A DNA stretch of 64,000 nt from an uncultured Nitrososphaerota archaeon (GCA_964518475.1 CAZFGR010000001.1:96001-160000); one strand, 5' to 3'; positions 10,605-20,220 are shown, numbered from the stretch's first letter. The notes: generated from the sequence alone by a model not told the origin. Made by a program: numbers and translations.

Positions 10605-12749
10605 ATGGGAAAACTTATGACAAAGGGAGAATTGAACAAGATGATAGAAGAAATTGCAAAAAGATTTGGGATAATTGGTAGAAGACAGGAACTTGAGGAA
10701 ATTCTCTTAGCTAAGGAGATCGGAAGACCTGTACTAATTGAGGGACCCGTAGGAGTCGGAAAAACGACACTAGCTAAAGCAGTAGCCTCTTATTTTCAAC
10801 AAAAATTTATCCGCGTAGATGGGGATGAACGCTTTGATGAATACAAATTAGTTGGTTACTTTGAGCCTCAACTGGTTCTTAAAAAGGGATGGAACTGGGA
10901 TTCATTTGTCCCCGGACCTCTAACAAAAGCTATGCTTGAAGGAGGAGTACTTTTTATCAATGAAATAAATAGGTTAAATGAGAGTGCACAAAACGTTCTA
11001 ATACCAGCTCTAGATGAAGGCATAATTGAGATACCTAAGCTTGGAGAGATTCAAGCACAAGATGGCTTCTGGGTAGTAGCAACATTGAATCCAGAAGAAT
11101 ATGTGGGAGTAACTCCCATTGGAGAGGCTCTGAGGGATCGATTTATATGGATAAAGCTAGATTATCAAAGCGAAGAAGAGGAAGTTGAGATTGCTTGCCT
11201 TAGAGCTAAGGTTCCGAAGAACATTGCTCAATTAGCTGTTACCGTAACACGAGCTACTCGGCGACACCCCGATATTCGAAGAGGAGCTTCTGTACGGGGA
11301 GCAATAGATTTAGCAAAGCTAATTTATATAGCGACTCCAAATAATTTGACATTGGATAAACTTAAGAGATTAGCAATCATAGCTTTAGGAACAAAAATAG
11401 AGATTACAGAGGGATCTGAGCGAACAGTTGAAGAAATAATCAGCGAGATTGTCGAGGAAATTTACCAAAAAAACAACTTTTTTCGTGAAAAACAAGTAAT
11501 AAAGAGGAATGAGCTAAATATTAAAAAAGCCTCTAACACGATTTCTTCTGCTACTTCTATTGACCAGCCATCTTTTCGAGATGACCTAGAGAATACAAAT
11601 TCTCATAATTATCAGCCTAACATTGACAATGACTCTTTTGAAGAATCCAGAACCGAATCCTCTACAAACACAACTGTTTTCCTTAGTTACGCAACTCCCT
11701 CAGGATCTTTTCTTCTTCTACGCGGAACGTTAGGACATTATGGTACCCAGCTAATCAGGGCTATCAAAGAGGGTCTCGATATAAGAAATATCATCTCTAG
11801 AATAGACTATCCTCTACCAACTGACCTTTTGGAAATGCTTACGAAAGAAGCTATAAAGTATAGAAATTTTTTGGCTTTAGCATCATTAGCTCAAATAAAT
11901 CCATACATTGTAGCTAAGGTACTTGAAGAAAGTCTCTCAAAAATCGACCAGACAGATGATATAAACTTGGTTCATACTTATTATCTTACGAAGGATTTAC
12001 TAAGCGAGAAAAAAAGGCGAATTTTTGCCAGATTGGCAAAGCATATTATTATTCGTAAAGCTCTCAGAATTGCTGGTAAGCGTCCAATAAGGAGCGGCTC
12101 TATAAGGAAGAAGACTTTTTACAGGCCCAGTTTAGATTTTGATTTAGAGACAACATTTGATATAGCTCTCGACAAAATTCTCTTCGAAAATATTACACGT
12201 TGGGATTTAATAGGAATCGAAAGGCGCGAAAAAAGAACCTCTGGTGTAATAGTTCTCGATATTAGCGGTAGCATGTATGGGGAAAAAAACGTATTAGCTT
12301 GCCTTATCTCCGCACTAACCATATCTTCCCTATCTACTGATGATGAAGTAGCGTTAATAGCATTTAGTGATCAGCCCTACGTGATAAAATCCGTGAGGGA
12401 TAAAGGAGATCTATCCAAAATTCTTGACACAATTTTTGATCTTAAACCGCTGGGATTTACTAATATTTCTGCAGCTTTGAGAGAGGCTGCAAAAGAGCTT
12501 AAAAAAGCTCGTCTAAAAACACGTAAGTGGGTAATTCTCATTACTGATGGCGAATATAACAGAGGTGGTCATCCGTTAAAATGGGCCTCTCTTCTACCCC
12601 GTTTACATGTAATTCAACTTGGAGGCGGAACTCGGGGAACGATCGTTTGCAAAGAACTTAGCAAAGGGCGAGGGAAATACATTAGGGTAAATGATATTAA
12701 TTCATTGCTTGAACGCGTTAGATATCTGTTAAAGCACCCCGACAAGTGA
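10605..12749 (+). CDS. MoxR/CoxD-like AAA+ ATPase fused to a VWA domain
   Basis: GPVGVGKT, FINEINR, ALRDRF, RRGASVRGAI; Ser/Asn-rich linker; MIDAS DISGSM and LITDG. Confidence 0.88.
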   Translation: MGKLMTKGELNKMIEEIAKRFGIIGRRQELEEILLAKEIGRPVLIEGPVGVGKTTLAKAVASYFQQKFIRVDGDERFDEYKLVGYFEPQLVLKKGWNWDSFVPGPLTKAMLEGGVLFINEINRLNESAQNVLIPALDEGIIEIPKLGEIQAQDGFWVVATLNPEEYVGVTPIGEALRDRFIWIKLDYQSEEEEVEIACLRAKVPKNIAQLAVTVTRATRRHPDIRRGASVRGAIDLAKLIYIATPNNLTLDKLKRLAIIALGTKIEITEGSERTVEEIISEIVEEIYQKNNFFREKQVIKRNELNIKKASNTISSATSIDQPSFRDDLENTNSHNYQPNIDNDSFEESRTESSTNTTVFLSYATPSGSFLLLRGTLGHYGTQLIRAIKEGLDIRNIISRIDYPLPTDLLEMLTKEAIKYRNFLALASLAQINPYIVAKVLEESLSKIDQTDDINLVHTYYLTKDLLSEKKRRIFARLAKHIIIRKALRIAGKRPIRSGSIRKKTFYRPSLDFDLETTFDIALDKILFENITRWDLIGIERREKRTSGVIVLDISGSMYGEKNVLACLISALTISSLSTDDEVALIAFSDQPYVIKSVRDKGDLSKILDTIFDLKPLGFTNISAALREAAKELKKARLKTRKWVILITDGEYNRGGHPLKWASLLPRLHVIQLGGGTRGTIVCKELSKGRGKYIRVNDINSLLERVRYLLKHPDK

Positions 12750-12817
12750 AGTAATTATTCATCCAGCCTTCTTCTCGATAAGTTTTTGAAAATCCTTGAC
12801 GCTGTATATGAGGGTAT

Positions 12818-13228
12818 CTAGAAATATTTCTTCAGAAACTCATTCCATTCTTTGACCCTAACAAATGGTGGATTCGTAACACCTTCTTCAAAAGCCTTAG
12901 TGAATTTCTTCTTTAATTCCTCGATTTTTCTTCTTAATCTATTTATAGCTCTGCGAACGGCATCCAGAGGATCTCCTTGCTTTGTTCTGACGATAAACTC
13001 TATTCTATCAAACAATGGGTGCTCTATTTTGTATGCCGCAAAATCCACATCTTCGTCCGCTAGTAATTCCACTCTTAACGCATTAAAAAGTGTGTGAGTC
13101 TCACCATATACTTTGAAGCGGAGTACTGTGGGCCCATACTCTAATATTTCTATACGCATTTTTTGGGATCGAGGCTTCCACCATGGAGTAGAGCCGTAGT
13201 ACTTTATAAGATCCGTCAAGGTGCCCAC
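12818..13228 (-). CDS. rpoL: RNA polymerase subunit Rpo11 (L)
   Basis: GETHTLFNALR...FAAYKIEHPL. Confidence 0.93.
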   Translation of the reverse strand: MGTLTDLIKYYGSTPWWKPRSQKMRIEILEYGPTVLRFKVYGETHTLFNALRVELLADEDVDFAAYKIEHPLFDRIEFIVRTKQGDPLDAVRRAINRLRRKIEELKKKFTKAFEEGVTNPPFVRVKEWNEFLKKYF

Positions 13229-13332
13229 CTTCTATGTTACCTAACGTACGATATTGAAATATCCTAAGTCTCATGATATATATCTCTTATCATCCATACA
13301 TAATATAGATACTCTCTATTAGGGTGATTTAA

Positions 13333-13983
13333 CTGGGGTTAGCTGAAATACGGAAAAGATTAGAGACCACGGGCCTAAAAGAAAAGAAGAAATACAAAAA
13401 AATGATCTCTGATTTTGAAAATGTGATAAAGAAGCTAGAGGAAGTTATAAAAGCCATAGAAGATTTCGAGAAAAAATGGGGAAAAACTGTTGAATTTAAG
13501 GAATTTGATCTCCACCAAATAGTGGTTCCTCTGAAAAAGCGACCAAGTCTTCTTGATAGAATAACTGGCAAATATTATTCGGATCTCGCTCTTGAAATTC
13601 TGAGTGTTGCCGATAACGATAAACTATCGCTCATAAGTGTAGGAGATTTAATTATGAGGGTGAAGAAATCGATTCCGTATGCCAATACAGATGACGTCCT
13701 GAAAGCGCTTGATATATTAAAGAGGAAGGGATTAGTTACCGACTTATTCCGGGAAGGTGGTGTATTGTATGTGGAATTTCCCACAATTTATGAGGATATA
13801 AGAAGACTTATCCAATTATTCAAGCAAGAGAGAAAAGAGTATATTACCTTGGAAGAAGCTGCCGAGAAACTTGATTGGAGTTTAGTGAAGGCATATAGAG
13901 TATTAGAGAGAATGGTAGAGCTTGGAATATTAGTTCGAGAGAATTTTCCTAGGAGATATTGGTTGATAAAGAAGACAAGATAA
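13333..13983 (+). CDS. vps22: ESCRT-II Vps22/36 (EAP30/SNF8-like) protein, probable CTG start
   Basis: Resembles SNF8 along its length: EDFEKKW, YYSDLALEIL, DDVLKALDIL, YITLEEAAEKLDWSLVKAYRVLERMVELG...YW (two wHTH). Frame is open upstream to CTG 13333, after an SD-like GGGTGA. Confidence 0.85.
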   Translation: MGLAEIRKRLETTGLKEKKKYKKMISDFENVIKKLEEVIKAIEDFEKKWGKTVEFKEFDLHQIVVPLKKRPSLLDRITGKYYSDLALEILSVADNDKLSLISVGDLIMRVKKSIPYANTDDVLKALDILKRKGLVTDLFREGGVLYVEFPTIYEDIRRLIQLFKQERKEYITLEEAAEKLDWSLVKAYRVLERMVELGILVRENFPRRYWLIKKTR

Positions 13984-14062
13984 GTATTATTTTCACTAGA
14001 GAATGCTTATTTGGATGATTGAAAAAGTAGGGAATGAACAACATTAGATACTTCGTTCTGAA

Positions 14063-14162
14063 TGGCGGGCCCGGCGGGATTTGAACCCGCGACCTACGGC
14101 TCTCCGCGTGGGATAACTCGACTCCGCAGGCCGTCGCTCTATCCAGGCTGAGCTACGGGCCC
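14063..14162 (-). tRNA. tRNA-Arg(GCG) with ~22-nt intron at 37/38 and encoded CCA
   Basis: Reverse complement GGGCCCG-TA-GCTC...ACGGC-CTGCGG[intron]A-GCCGT...GGTTCAAATCC...CGGGCCC-G-CCA; A20 present. Confidence 0.95.
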
Positions 14163-14260
14163 AATATCTGTATATCTGTTATGATGTTTCGAATATTTCT
14201 TACATCTGAGTAGATTATTTTAAACTTAACCGATGCTTTTTCCGAAGTAAGTTTTATTTT

Positions 14261-14318
14261 TAATCAGAGAGGGACCATTTCTTCATCTGTTTTCCGTGGT
14301 ACTTCCGCTCATCATCTA
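14261..14318 (-). ncRNA. C/D box guide sRNA
   Basis: Minus strand: C ATGATGA, 12-nt guide GCGGAAGTACCA, D' CGGA, C' ATGAAGA, 12-nt guide AATGGTCCCTCT, D CTGA. Confidence 0.85.
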
Positions 14319-14464
14319 GAATTTATTTTTATTTCCACAATATCTAGTGAAACTGTATATTAAACATATGGTTATTGCTCGTGGTATTCATTGTCAAAGA
14401 GATGCATTAATTTGCGAGAGAGACATTATTGTGCAAGTACCACAGCCTATAACTGGTATGTTAG

Positions 14465-17029
14465 GTGGATTCCTTGGATATCAGGTGCCCTAAATGTGGT
14501 AGTCACTTAAAAATCTTGGAAATCATGAGAGAAAACTTGGAGAACGTGAAAGTTACTCTTATTTGCGAGAGTTGCAAGACGTATTATGAAATAAAAGTGA
14601 AAATTAGTGATTCTCAGAATGTATTACCTTTAATGAAGATTGAGGAAGAGGAGCTTGAGGATATCTTAAATAAGAGAATTTCGCTAAATGACCTTCCTCG
14701 AGATACGCCCTTGCCATTGAAACATATAGTTGGTATGAAAACTCGTTCTTTTGTCCCGATTTATCTAAATAAGTTATTTAGTACGCCCCCCTTAAAAGGT
14801 CATGAAATAACTCCTAACTACCTTTCGGAATTAGGAATTGAAGAACCATATGCTAGCAAGTTAGTCCAATTATGGAAAAGAAGAGGAATAGAGAGACTGT
14901 ATAAATTCCAAGAGAAAGCTTTTAAAGAAATCCTCTCCGGCAAAAACACTGTTATAATAGCTCCAACAGGCATGGGAAAAACAGAGGCTTTTGCTATTCC
15001 AGCGTTTATGCGTGTAGTTAGTCTCAAGAAAGAATCATTATCTAGCGGCCCATTTCTTCTAATAATCTACCCCACCAAGGCGCTTGCAAGAGATCAACTG
15101 GTCAAATTATTTGAGTATGCTGCGATTTTCAATTTACGTGTTGCAGTGCTTGATGGTGATACACCTCTTAATGAAAGAAAGAAAATACTTGCAAATCCAC
15201 CAGATGTTCTATTAACAAATTTTGATATGATACATTATCACTTAGCAAGGAGAACACCTTACGGCTATCTATTTCGAAGAAGCAGGATTGTTATTATAGA
15301 TGAGTTGCATGAATATTATGGAGCCTTTGGCACTCATGTTCATTATATCTTAAAACGTCTGAGAAGACTTGTGGAAAAAGAATATGGGAAAATTCAAATT
15401 ATAATGTCCTCAGCTACGATCGAGAATCCAAAAGAATTCTGCTCTTTACTTATAGGGGACGACATAACTATTGTTTCAGAGAAAGGCAGGAGAACTCCTT
15501 TATTTGTTCTATTTATCTATTCCTTGGATCAAGTCTATCGTGTAGCAGCTGAGATACTTTCAGAAATCATTCGATTAAGGATAAAATCGCTGGTCTTTTT
15601 CAATACTCGGAGAAGTGCCGAATTAGCTCTTTACACACTTAATAAAATGTCTAGACAAAAAACTATCATTCGGGGTAAGTACGACTTGCATAGAGCTGGA
15701 TTATCAAGAAGTATTCGTATTCGAATTGAAAATGAATTCAGAGAGGGAAAGAAATTAGCTTTAATAGCAACTCCTACGTTAGAATTGGGAATAGATATTG
15801 GTGATCTAGATCTAGTACTATCAGAGATAACCCCTGTAAACAACTTTATACAAAGATCTGGAAGATCGGGGAGACGAGGAAATCCAGGGGCTGCTGCTTT
15901 GCTTCTGAGAAATGACGATCCAATAAGCGAGTATTATGCTAGGTGCCCCCAAGATTATTTTGAGGATATCTCTCTTAGATATATTGAACCTAAAAACCCG
16001 TATATAGCTGGGAAGCATATTTACTTAGCAGCGTACGAAGAACCCCTAACAAAAGAAGAAATTGAAAAATATTCTATTCCTCAAGACATTTTGCAACAAC
16101 TCTTGAAAGATGGAGCATTGATAGAAATCAACAATACATACTTTGCTAATGGCGCTGTATTTAACAAATACTTCACGAGAAACATACGGGGATCCGATAA
16201 AATTGTTCGCGTGATTCATAAGGAGAAGACGATTGATGAAAGAGAAGCCTTAATAGCTATTCGTGAGCTTCATCCAGGAGCTATTTACGTATGCAGGGGG
16301 AGAAAATACATAGTTAAATCACTAGACTTGGAAACTCTTAGAGCTGAAGTAGAAGAGGCTGGTCCAGAGTATGAAGATCTATACACTCGTCCCTTATATA
16401 TGTACAGTGCAATACCTCTAGGAGATTTCAAAACCAGAGAAACGCTAGGAACAATAATTTATCATGGAAGATTAAAAGTAACAGCTATCGTTGATGGTTA
16501 CTTAGTGTTTCGCGAGGGGCAGAGAACACCCATTGCCGAATATCCATTAGAAACTCCCATTAGATATGAGTATGAAACATATGGCCTTGTCTTTCGGGCC
16601 CCCAGACTTCCCTATACTGATAGGGAATTACTTGATGGAAGTTATCATGCTCTCGAACATATCTTGATAGAGGGAACTAACGTCGTCACCGGGGGAGGTT
16701 CGGAGGATTTAGGTGGGATCTCATTCGGATCTACTGGAGTTATAGTTATTTACGAAGCAACATTAGGTGGCAATGGTATATCTAGACTTTTATTTGATAG
16801 ATTCGAAAAAGCTGTAGAAAAAGCCTACAAAATCCTTAAACACTGCCGATGCCCCCCAAACATCATATGCAATAAGTGCGTTTACTCCTATAGGTGTGGT
16901 AACAACAACCGCCCCCTCTACCAACCTGGCGCGCTTCTTGCATTAGAGAAAATGCTACGCAAAGAAAAAGTTGAGGATGCCGACAAAGCGTTAGAGATTC
17001 TGCTCGCAATAGAAAAAGGTATTGTATAA
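14465..17029 (+). CDS. DEAD/DEAH helicase with C-terminal DUF1998 Zn domain (Hrq1/SftH/MrfA-like) and N-terminal Zn finger
   Basis: APTGMGKT, DELH, SAT, TLELGIDIG, QRSGRSGR; HALEH and C-terminal 4-Cys cluster. Confidence 0.92.
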   Translation: MDSLDIRCPKCGSHLKILEIMRENLENVKVTLICESCKTYYEIKVKISDSQNVLPLMKIEEEELEDILNKRISLNDLPRDTPLPLKHIVGMKTRSFVPIYLNKLFSTPPLKGHEITPNYLSELGIEEPYASKLVQLWKRRGIERLYKFQEKAFKEILSGKNTVIIAPTGMGKTEAFAIPAFMRVVSLKKESLSSGPFLLIIYPTKALARDQLVKLFEYAAIFNLRVAVLDGDTPLNERKKILANPPDVLLTNFDMIHYHLARRTPYGYLFRRSRIVIIDELHEYYGAFGTHVHYILKRLRRLVEKEYGKIQIIMSSATIENPKEFCSLLIGDDITIVSEKGRRTPLFVLFIYSLDQVYRVAAEILSEIIRLRIKSLVFFNTRRSAELALYTLNKMSRQKTIIRGKYDLHRAGLSRSIRIRIENEFREGKKLALIATPTLELGIDIGDLDLVLSEITPVNNFIQRSGRSGRRGNPGAAALLLRNDDPISEYYARCPQDYFEDISLRYIEPKNPYIAGKHIYLAAYEEPLTKEEIEKYSIPQDILQQLLKDGALIEINNTYFANGAVFNKYFTRNIRGSDKIVRVIHKEKTIDEREALIAIRELHPGAIYVCRGRKYIVKSLDLETLRAEVEEAGPEYEDLYTRPLYMYSAIPLGDFKTRETLGTIIYHGRLKVTAIVDGYLVFREGQRTPIAEYPLETPIRYEYETYGLVFRAPRLPYTDRELLDGSYHALEHILIEGTNVVTGGGSEDLGGISFGSTGVIVIYEATLGGNGISRLLFDRFEKAVEKAYKILKHCRCPPNIICNKCVYSYRCGNNNRPLYQPGALLALEKMLRKEKVEDADKALEILLAIEKGIV

Positions 17030-17109
17030 AGACGATCAATAATTTTAAAAAACAAGCATGTCTGAAACTTATGGGTTCAAGTCTAGAAATAATTCCAGAA
17101 GGTGAGATT

Positions 17110-17472
17110 GTGAGCAGAGTGAGACCTAAAGTAATCAAGGATACTGCAAAGAGAATTGTAGTTAATTATTGGGATGTTGTTAGAGATATTTGGGAAAAAT
17201 CCGAGGAACTATCTGCTGATCCGAAATTAGCTGCTAACTATAGATTCCAGATGTATAAAAAGCTTGTAGAATTGACTACGGATATAAAAAGCAAAAGCGT
17301 GAGAAATCGCGTAGCGGGTTATATCATTACTCTCGTTAAACAAATACTATACCTAGGGCGATTCACAATAGAAGAGCTGGCTACGAAGTATAAGCTAAAA
17401 GAAGCAAAATTCGCCCAAATGGAGAGTATAGGAGAAGAGCTCGAGGAAGAGGAAAGCGGCAAAGAGGAATAA
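17110..17472 (+). CDS. rps17e: 30S ribosomal protein eS17 with insertion and acidic tail
   Basis: SRVRPKVIKDTAKRIV...SKSVRNRVAGYI; GTG 17110 after GGTGA. Confidence 0.88.
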   Translation: MSRVRPKVIKDTAKRIVVNYWDVVRDIWEKSEELSADPKLAANYRFQMYKKLVELTTDIKSKSVRNRVAGYIITLVKQILYLGRFTIEELATKYKLKEAKFAQMESIGEELEEEESGKEE

Positions 17473-17613
17473 TCTTATTTTTAAAACCAATCTGCCATGA
17501 ATTGACCGTCCCAAAGAGCTACTAAAAAACGTTAACGTATCAGCTAATGTCGCGAAACTATGATATAGGTTTTTGAAAGCTGTATATGACCAATATTTCA
17601 CGAGGAAAAAATC

Positions 17614-17766
17614 TTAGCTGACTTTTTCTAATAATTCCCTTACTCTCTTTAGCTCTAATAACACCATATAGAGGATTGTAAGGTTTGCGACTAGCAACAC
17701 TACCACTAGGAGAAAAAATACCAAAAAACCTTGAAGAATTCCTAATTGAGCAAGATTCGTCTGCAT
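17614..17766 (-). CDS. Small single-pass membrane protein (50 aa)
   Basis: Manual translation MQTNLAQLGILQGFLVFFLLVVVLLVANLTILYMVLLELKRVRELLEKVS; ATG 2 nt after the ArsR stop, with GGGGGT SD. Confidence 0.65.
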   Translation of the reverse strand: MQTNLAQLGILQGFLVFFLLVVVLLVANLTILYMVLLELKRVRELLEKVS

Positions 17767-17768
17767 TT

Positions 17769-18089
17769 TTACCCCCTACTTTCTAGCTTGACATCTAATT
17801 CAGGAAGAAGTATTTTCAGCATATATTTTTTTGCTCTCACAAATCTCTTTACGTAAGGTGGTTCATCGGAGTGTTTAATATACATCTCTACAAGTCCGAC
17901 TTTATTCAGTTTACTCAGATGCATATATAGGAGAGGTCTAGAAATATTCAATTCCCTTGCTAATTCGGATATGTACTTATCACCCATTGATAGAATTTTC
18001 AAAATCCGTACACGAATTGGATGAGATAAAGCTTCAAAAAATTTTGATAATTCGTCCTCGCTCTCGTACATTCTACTCCTCTTTTCCAC
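17769..18089 (-). CDS. ArsR/SmtB-family transcriptional regulator
   Basis: ALSHPIRVRILKIL...YISELARELNISRPLLYMHL. Confidence 0.9.
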   Translation of the reverse strand: MEKRSRMYESEDELSKFFEALSHPIRVRILKILSMGDKYISELARELNISRPLLYMHLSKLNKVGLVEMYIKHSDEPPYVKRFVRAKKYMLKILLPELDVKLESRG

Positions 18090-18630
18090 CAGGTTTTTCC
18101 GTTCTTATAGGAGACAGATGATTTATATCAACTTCGACTAAGAGCGCACCGCCTCCCATTAAGTCGACCCATGCCTTCTTTTTACCAACAGATACGACTC
18201 TAGCTTTCTGACCTTTGAAGGGACCATCGATTATTTCGACAATCATTCCTTGCTCTATTTTCACCTCCTCTTTCTCAGCAACTGCTCTCTCATATTTCAC
18301 TTCGAATCCTTCGAGATATTGTTCAATATCTTCAAAACTTAGTTCATCTGGGAGAGCTGCTGCATAGCGGAAATTTTTAACCGCTCGTACCACAGAATCA
18401 TAGTTATCCGCTTCCACAATAACTACTCCAGTACCGCTTCCTATTGTGAAAGCCGAATATATTGGGAGCTTTAGAAGTTCCGTTCGCCACTTTATTAAAA
18501 ATATAAGTTGTAATTCTCTACCCGCTGGAACTTTTACAGCAAAAAATTTTCGATCGCTTTTTTCCTCAACTTTAATTTCTCTTTCCCTATACTCAGTATA
18601 GCTGTCTTCCATTATAAACACCCAGTTCAA
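18073..18630 (-). CDS. spt5: Transcription elongation factor Spt5 (NusG)
   Basis: NGN domain plus KOW motif VEIIDGPFKGQKARV; follows secE. Confidence 0.92.
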   Translation of the reverse strand: MNWVFIMEDSYTEYREREIKVEEKSDRKFFAVKVPAGRELQLIFLIKWRTELLKLPIYSAFTIGSGTGVVIVEADNYDSVVRAVKNFRYAAALPDELSFEDIEQYLEGFEVKYERAVAEKEEVKIEQGMIVEIIDGPFKGQKARVVSVGKKKAWVDLMGGGALLVEVDINHLSPIRTEKPGGKEE

Positions 18631-18653
18631 CTTGAGAAAATGAGATAAAAATT

Positions 18654-18833
18654 CTACATTCCTAATAGGGCGTTAAAGATGAGCCGTATTACGACATCAA
18701 TTATACCTATTGACAATATCGTAACGAAAATTATCTTAGATATCTGGTAGATTTCTTTGCGTGATGGTTTAGTAGCATACCTTAATAATCTCCGAGAGTT
18801 AACGAGATATTCTTCTATTTTACGTCCACTCAT
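18654..18833 (-). CDS. secE: SecE/Sec61gamma
   Basis: Manual translation MSGRKIEEYLVNSRRLLRYATKPSRKEIYQISKIIF...; KP-x-x-x-E motif plus TM helix; upstream of spt5. Confidence 0.92.
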   Translation of the reverse strand: MSGRKIEEYLVNSRRLLRYATKPSRKEIYQISKIIFVTILSIGIIDVVIRLIFNALLGM

Positions 18834-19088
18834 GAGACGTCACCAATAATTTCATCATGTAATTGTAACAAAAAAGCTTTTGGGGAATTTCTATCAATGA
18901 TAACCGTATTTATGTCTTTGTTTTTCAGTCTACTCTTTGCTTCAGTCAAAAACATATTAACATACTATGAAAAGTTAGTCTTTTTAGTTAATTTTGCTGA
19001 GTAATTAATGATTATTGTGTTGTAAGGGAGGTTAAGAAGGAAGAATTGAGGAAATTCAAGAATATTGATATTTTAATTCTAGGTATGT

Positions 19089-19553
19089 TTAGGATAGAGC
19101 TGGAAAAACTCTTAATTCCACTTCGCCTTTCTCAGAATCTAGTATTTTATACAAAACTCTCACTCTGACTCTTCTCGGAGGATTCTTTGCCCCTCTTGAC
19201 CATATAAGTTCGTTTAGCTCGGGTGAGATCCAAACAAACGGTTTCTTGATTCGAATTTTTTCGCCACTCTTAGGATCCTCTATATTCTTTACGTACTTAG
19301 TGACTAACTCCCGTAATACCTTAACAGCTTTCTTTGCCCGTTTCCACTTAGGTGCTGATAATATCCGTGGATAAAGACGTATAGTTAATAATCGCTCCCC
19401 GTCCCCCTCTGTTTTTTCCTCAATGATTTTTAGAGACTTTCCCGGCCCCCTCTTTTTGATTCTACGTTCTTCTTCGACTTTTTCCTCAGTTTCCTCTTCT
19501 ACCGCTTCCTCAATACTCACTTCTTGTTTTTCTTCGTTGTTTTCTTCACTCAA
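19089..19553 (-). CDS. rpl31e: 50S ribosomal protein eL31 with acidic N-terminal extension
   Basis: PKWKRAKKAV...LNELIWSRGAKNPPRRVRV. Confidence 0.94.
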   Translation of the reverse strand: MSEENNEEKQEVSIEEAVEEETEEKVEEERRIKKRGPGKSLKIIEEKTEGDGERLLTIRLYPRILSAPKWKRAKKAVKVLRELVTKYVKNIEDPKSGEKIRIKKPFVWISPELNELIWSRGAKNPPRRVRVRVLYKILDSEKGEVELRVFPALS

Positions 19554-19567
19554 CGCTAAATTCCCTC

Positions 19568-19723
19568 CTATACTTTTAACTTATTCCTTCTCCAATGTCT
19601 TCTTTTTGGCGAGGTCATGACCCTTCTATTAGTTTTGATCCTGACAAAGACTGGAGGCAGCCTATTTTGTTTATTAGCTTTCGCTAATCTTAACTTTTTA
19701 GCAAGAGGCTTATACCTTGCCAT
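19568..19723 (-). CDS. rpl39e: 50S ribosomal protein eL39
   Basis: Manual translation [51 protein letters not shown]. Confidence 0.96.
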   Translation of the reverse strand: MARYKPLAKKLRLAKANKQNRLPPVFVRIKTNRRVMTSPKRRHWRRNKLKV

Positions 19724-20101
19724 TTATAACCCTCCCTTGCGTTTAAAAGTAATAGCCCCCTCTCTCCTTCTACTTGTTAATTTTTTTAAAAATTCTTTCA
19801 GTTGATCATCCGTAATAGGTTCGGTTATCCTACCACTTCTTGCTAATAAGATTAACTGATCCTCTATTATTCGGGCAAATTCGGGTCGAGCCAGTTTAAT
19901 CCTTGCCAATCTCTCTCTAGCTTCATCAGTGAGAATAGATCTTAGGATAGTCTCCCTGGCCATCTCTTCTTGAGCAGCCCTTTCACGTTCCTCTTCCTGC
20001 CTCCTCAAAAGTTTTTCCAATTCTGCCCTTCTCTTAGCTAGTAATGCGTTGAGTTCCTCCTCCTCGTCTACGAACTCATTCCCATAACTCAAGCCTAACA
20101 C
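19724..20101 (-). CDS. PDCD5-family DNA-binding protein
   Basis: ILRSILTDEARERLARIKLARPEFA...ITDDQLKEFL. Confidence 0.93.
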   Translation of the reverse strand: MLGLSYGNEFVDEEEELNALLAKRRAELEKLLRRQEEERERAAQEEMARETILRSILTDEARERLARIKLARPEFARIIEDQLILLARSGRITEPITDDQLKEFLKKLTSRRREGAITFKRKGGL

Positions 20102-20220
20102 CTCAAACTAAATTAATTGAAAGTAAAAACTAATATGAATAGTTGGTGCTACTCATATACCGTTATGTGATCAACTCATTGATAGCAAAAAATCTGGGCT
20201 TAGTAAGTAAGAATAGTAGC

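Noticed and set aside
14100-14126. Similarity between the tRNA-Arg intron (GAGTCG...TCCCACG) and the arms of the H/ACA-like hairpin
   Set aside because: The match is same-sense rather than complementary, short, and probably chance.
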